Of a DNA stretch of 64,000 bases, positions 62,538 to 64,000 are shown piece after piece. The notes under the pieces are model-generated. The model ran no database searches, was not told the DNA's origin, and saw only the letters and a program-made list of their open reading frames with translations. How positions within the stretch are numbered: position 1 is the stretch's first letter; each line of letters opens with the position of its first letter. A program made the translations under genes and the position numbers. This DNA comes from Marinicella sp. (GTDB taxonomy: Bacteria > Pseudomonadota > Gammaproteobacteria > Xanthomonadales > Marinicellaceae), in NCBI GenBank assembly GCA_965230295.1, contig OZ246001.1, forward strand, positions 3,680,001 to 3,744,000. The letters are read 5' to 3'.

Positions 62538-62711
62538 ATGGATAACAAAGATGATTTGAACAATAAAAGAAAGTCAAAAGTTGACCCAACTGTACTGAAT
62601 CTAAGAGATAAAGCATCTAAGCGAATGTTGCATCTCCTCAACAACCCTCCAGAACCAAATGGGTTCCTAAAACGCACTCAGCAAAACTATAAAGCTAAAG
62701 TTAAAACCTAA
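62538..62711 (+). CDS. Small protein resembling the C-terminal half of DUF1778/TacA antitoxins
   Basis: MLHLLNNPPEPNGFLKR motif; no RHH N-terminus. Confidence 0.4.
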   Translation: MDNKDDLNNKRKSKVDPTVLNLRDKASKRMLHLLNNPPEPNGFLKRTQQNYKAKVKT

Positions 62712-62754
62712 GGTCTAACCCAACCGCATTGACTGTATAAGGCATTTGAAATAT

Positions 62755-64000
62755 TCACTTACTCCGTAATTTTCTGCGCTCATATTCCAACTCTTGAGGC
62801 AGGATGACATCTATTTGCTTTTTCCTTATTGCAAGGGCTACAGGGAAGTCTACACAAGCAAGTTTTTTGATGATATTTTCTACTGTATCTTTAAACATAT
62901 TCCAACTAACAGTTTTCTTGTCTTGAAACATTTGAGCACTCCATACTATGTCATCTATGAGAGCTGATAGCTCAGCTTGCATCAATAACAAAATAATTTC
63001 ACCTGGTATCTTTATGTAAGTTTGTTGCCCTGAATTTGCACAGTTTTCAATAATCACCTTTTTGTTGAAGTTTCCATCTAGAACCACTGAATGGTTTGAG
63101 TATCGCTTGCGTAAGGCAGAAGCCAGCTGTAGTAGTTCCCACCAATAAATATTTTCACTTCTAAGGAATAACTCACCTTTACCCAAAGCAATCAAATAGA
63201 GCATCCAAGGCATGTATTCAACGCTAACTCCTTCATCTGTAATGTATGTCTCATAATCATTCAACTTATTGGCATCAAGCCGAGTTTGTTGTAGTAGAAC
63301 TTGCTCAAAATGCTTTTCAAGTATCAGTCTTTCTTTTCTTAAGTGGTCATCAGTAAATTTGAAAAGTTGATCATAAGGAACCGGTTTAACGTGACATGAA
63401 ACTGAGCTCATTTCAGGGAGCTTAATTTCCGTTATATGGGTCAATAATTTAAGCTCATTAGAGGTGAGCAAGTTCAACTGCCTCATTACTGCAAAAACCA
63501 CGGGGGATTCTGCATCAATGGCTTGTTTGTAATACTCTTGTTTAAAAAAAGGATGCTGTACACTTGATCGGCCTATAATCACTCTGGAAAGCAGCTTCTT
63601 GGCCCTGGCTTCAACGACTTGATCAACCAGTTCCAGTGCTTGGTATTCAAGCTCATTTGGATCATCATAAAACAAGTTTTTGAATTTCACATGGTAACCA
63701 CAGGTAGAACATTTCCGCAGAGCCACCTCTGAATAAGCAGACCATATTTGAAAGCATTCGGGACAACGATCCACCAGCACTTCTTTATGGACCGGGCATT
63801 GGTGAAGCCAATGACAATCAAAAGCATAGCTGTGGTAACCAGACCTCATACAACTAACGCAACATTTACTCGGCCTGTACCTTGTTTTTATGGGCTGAAC
63901 ATCACCAAAACTTTGCATTTGATTTGACTTTAAAAAATCCTGCTCAACATCACTTCCCAATCGTGCTAAGCCGTATTTACGCATGGAGGATGATTGTTCA
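62755..64000 (-). CDS. tniQ: TniQ/TnsD-family target-selector protein (5' part outside window)
   Basis: CVSC...YH...WLHQCPVHKEVLVDRCPEC...CSTCG zinc-finger pattern; frame is open to the window edge. Confidence 0.8.
   Translation of the reverse strand, partial: EQSSSMRKYGLARLGSDVEQDFLKSNQMQSFGDVQPIKTRYRPSKCCVSCMRSGYHSYAFDCHWLHQCPVHKEVLVDRCPECFQIWSAYSEVALRKCSTCGYHVKFKNLFYDDPNELEYQALELVDQVVEARAKKLLSRVIIGRSSVQHPFFKQEYYKQAIDAESPVVFAVMRQLNLLTSNELKLLTHITEIKLPEMSSVSCHVKPVPYDQLFKFTDDHLRKERLILEKHFEQVLLQQTRLDANKLNDYETYITDEGVSVEYMPWMLYLIALGKGELFLRSENIYWWELLQLASALRKRYSNHSVVLDGNFNKKVIIENCANSGQQTYIKIPGEIILLLMQAELSALIDDIVWSAQMFQDKKTVSWNMFKDTVENIIKKLACVDFPVALAIRKKQIDVILPQELEYERRKLRSK

Noticed and set aside
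1-64000. tRNA, rRNA or riboswitch genes
   Set aside because: None recognised by eye; a covariance-model scan would be needed to exclude small ncRNAs.

Overview
A mosaic 64-kb bacterial window. Secreted proteins ending in IFxDGF(E) suggest a Marinicella-like marine gammaproteobacterium (inference only). 1-17.7 kb: the end of an RHS gene coupled to a 2218-aa RHS-like protein with no RHS core, a MarR-dipeptidase-amidohydrolase unit, a GntR regulator and several secreted proteins. 17.7-25.7 kb: accessory secreted proteins and decayed mobile elements. 26-40 kb: a host-like block (cupredoxin lipoprotein, HAMP-Ser/Thr kinase, exported truncated globin, DUF3034 barrel, rimK, MscS, CorA/ZntB, tamAB, truncated nhaA). 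40-64 kb: an AT-rich island with a Tn3 tnpA remnant, a serine resolvase, a FimB-like recombinase, defence-like orphan genes, a large repeat protease and a TniQ gene running off the edge. The ORF track misses two repeat families. The first is a set of Tn7-like ends built from ACAACTAAAG sites (three left-type, one right-type, with a head-to-head junction at about 54465). The second is a set of Tn3-type GGGGTAATG repeats, two of which are 47-bp double-ended units bracketing a single secreted-protein gene. No rRNA, tRNA or CRISPR array was seen. All calls come from reading motifs by eye, not from database searches.
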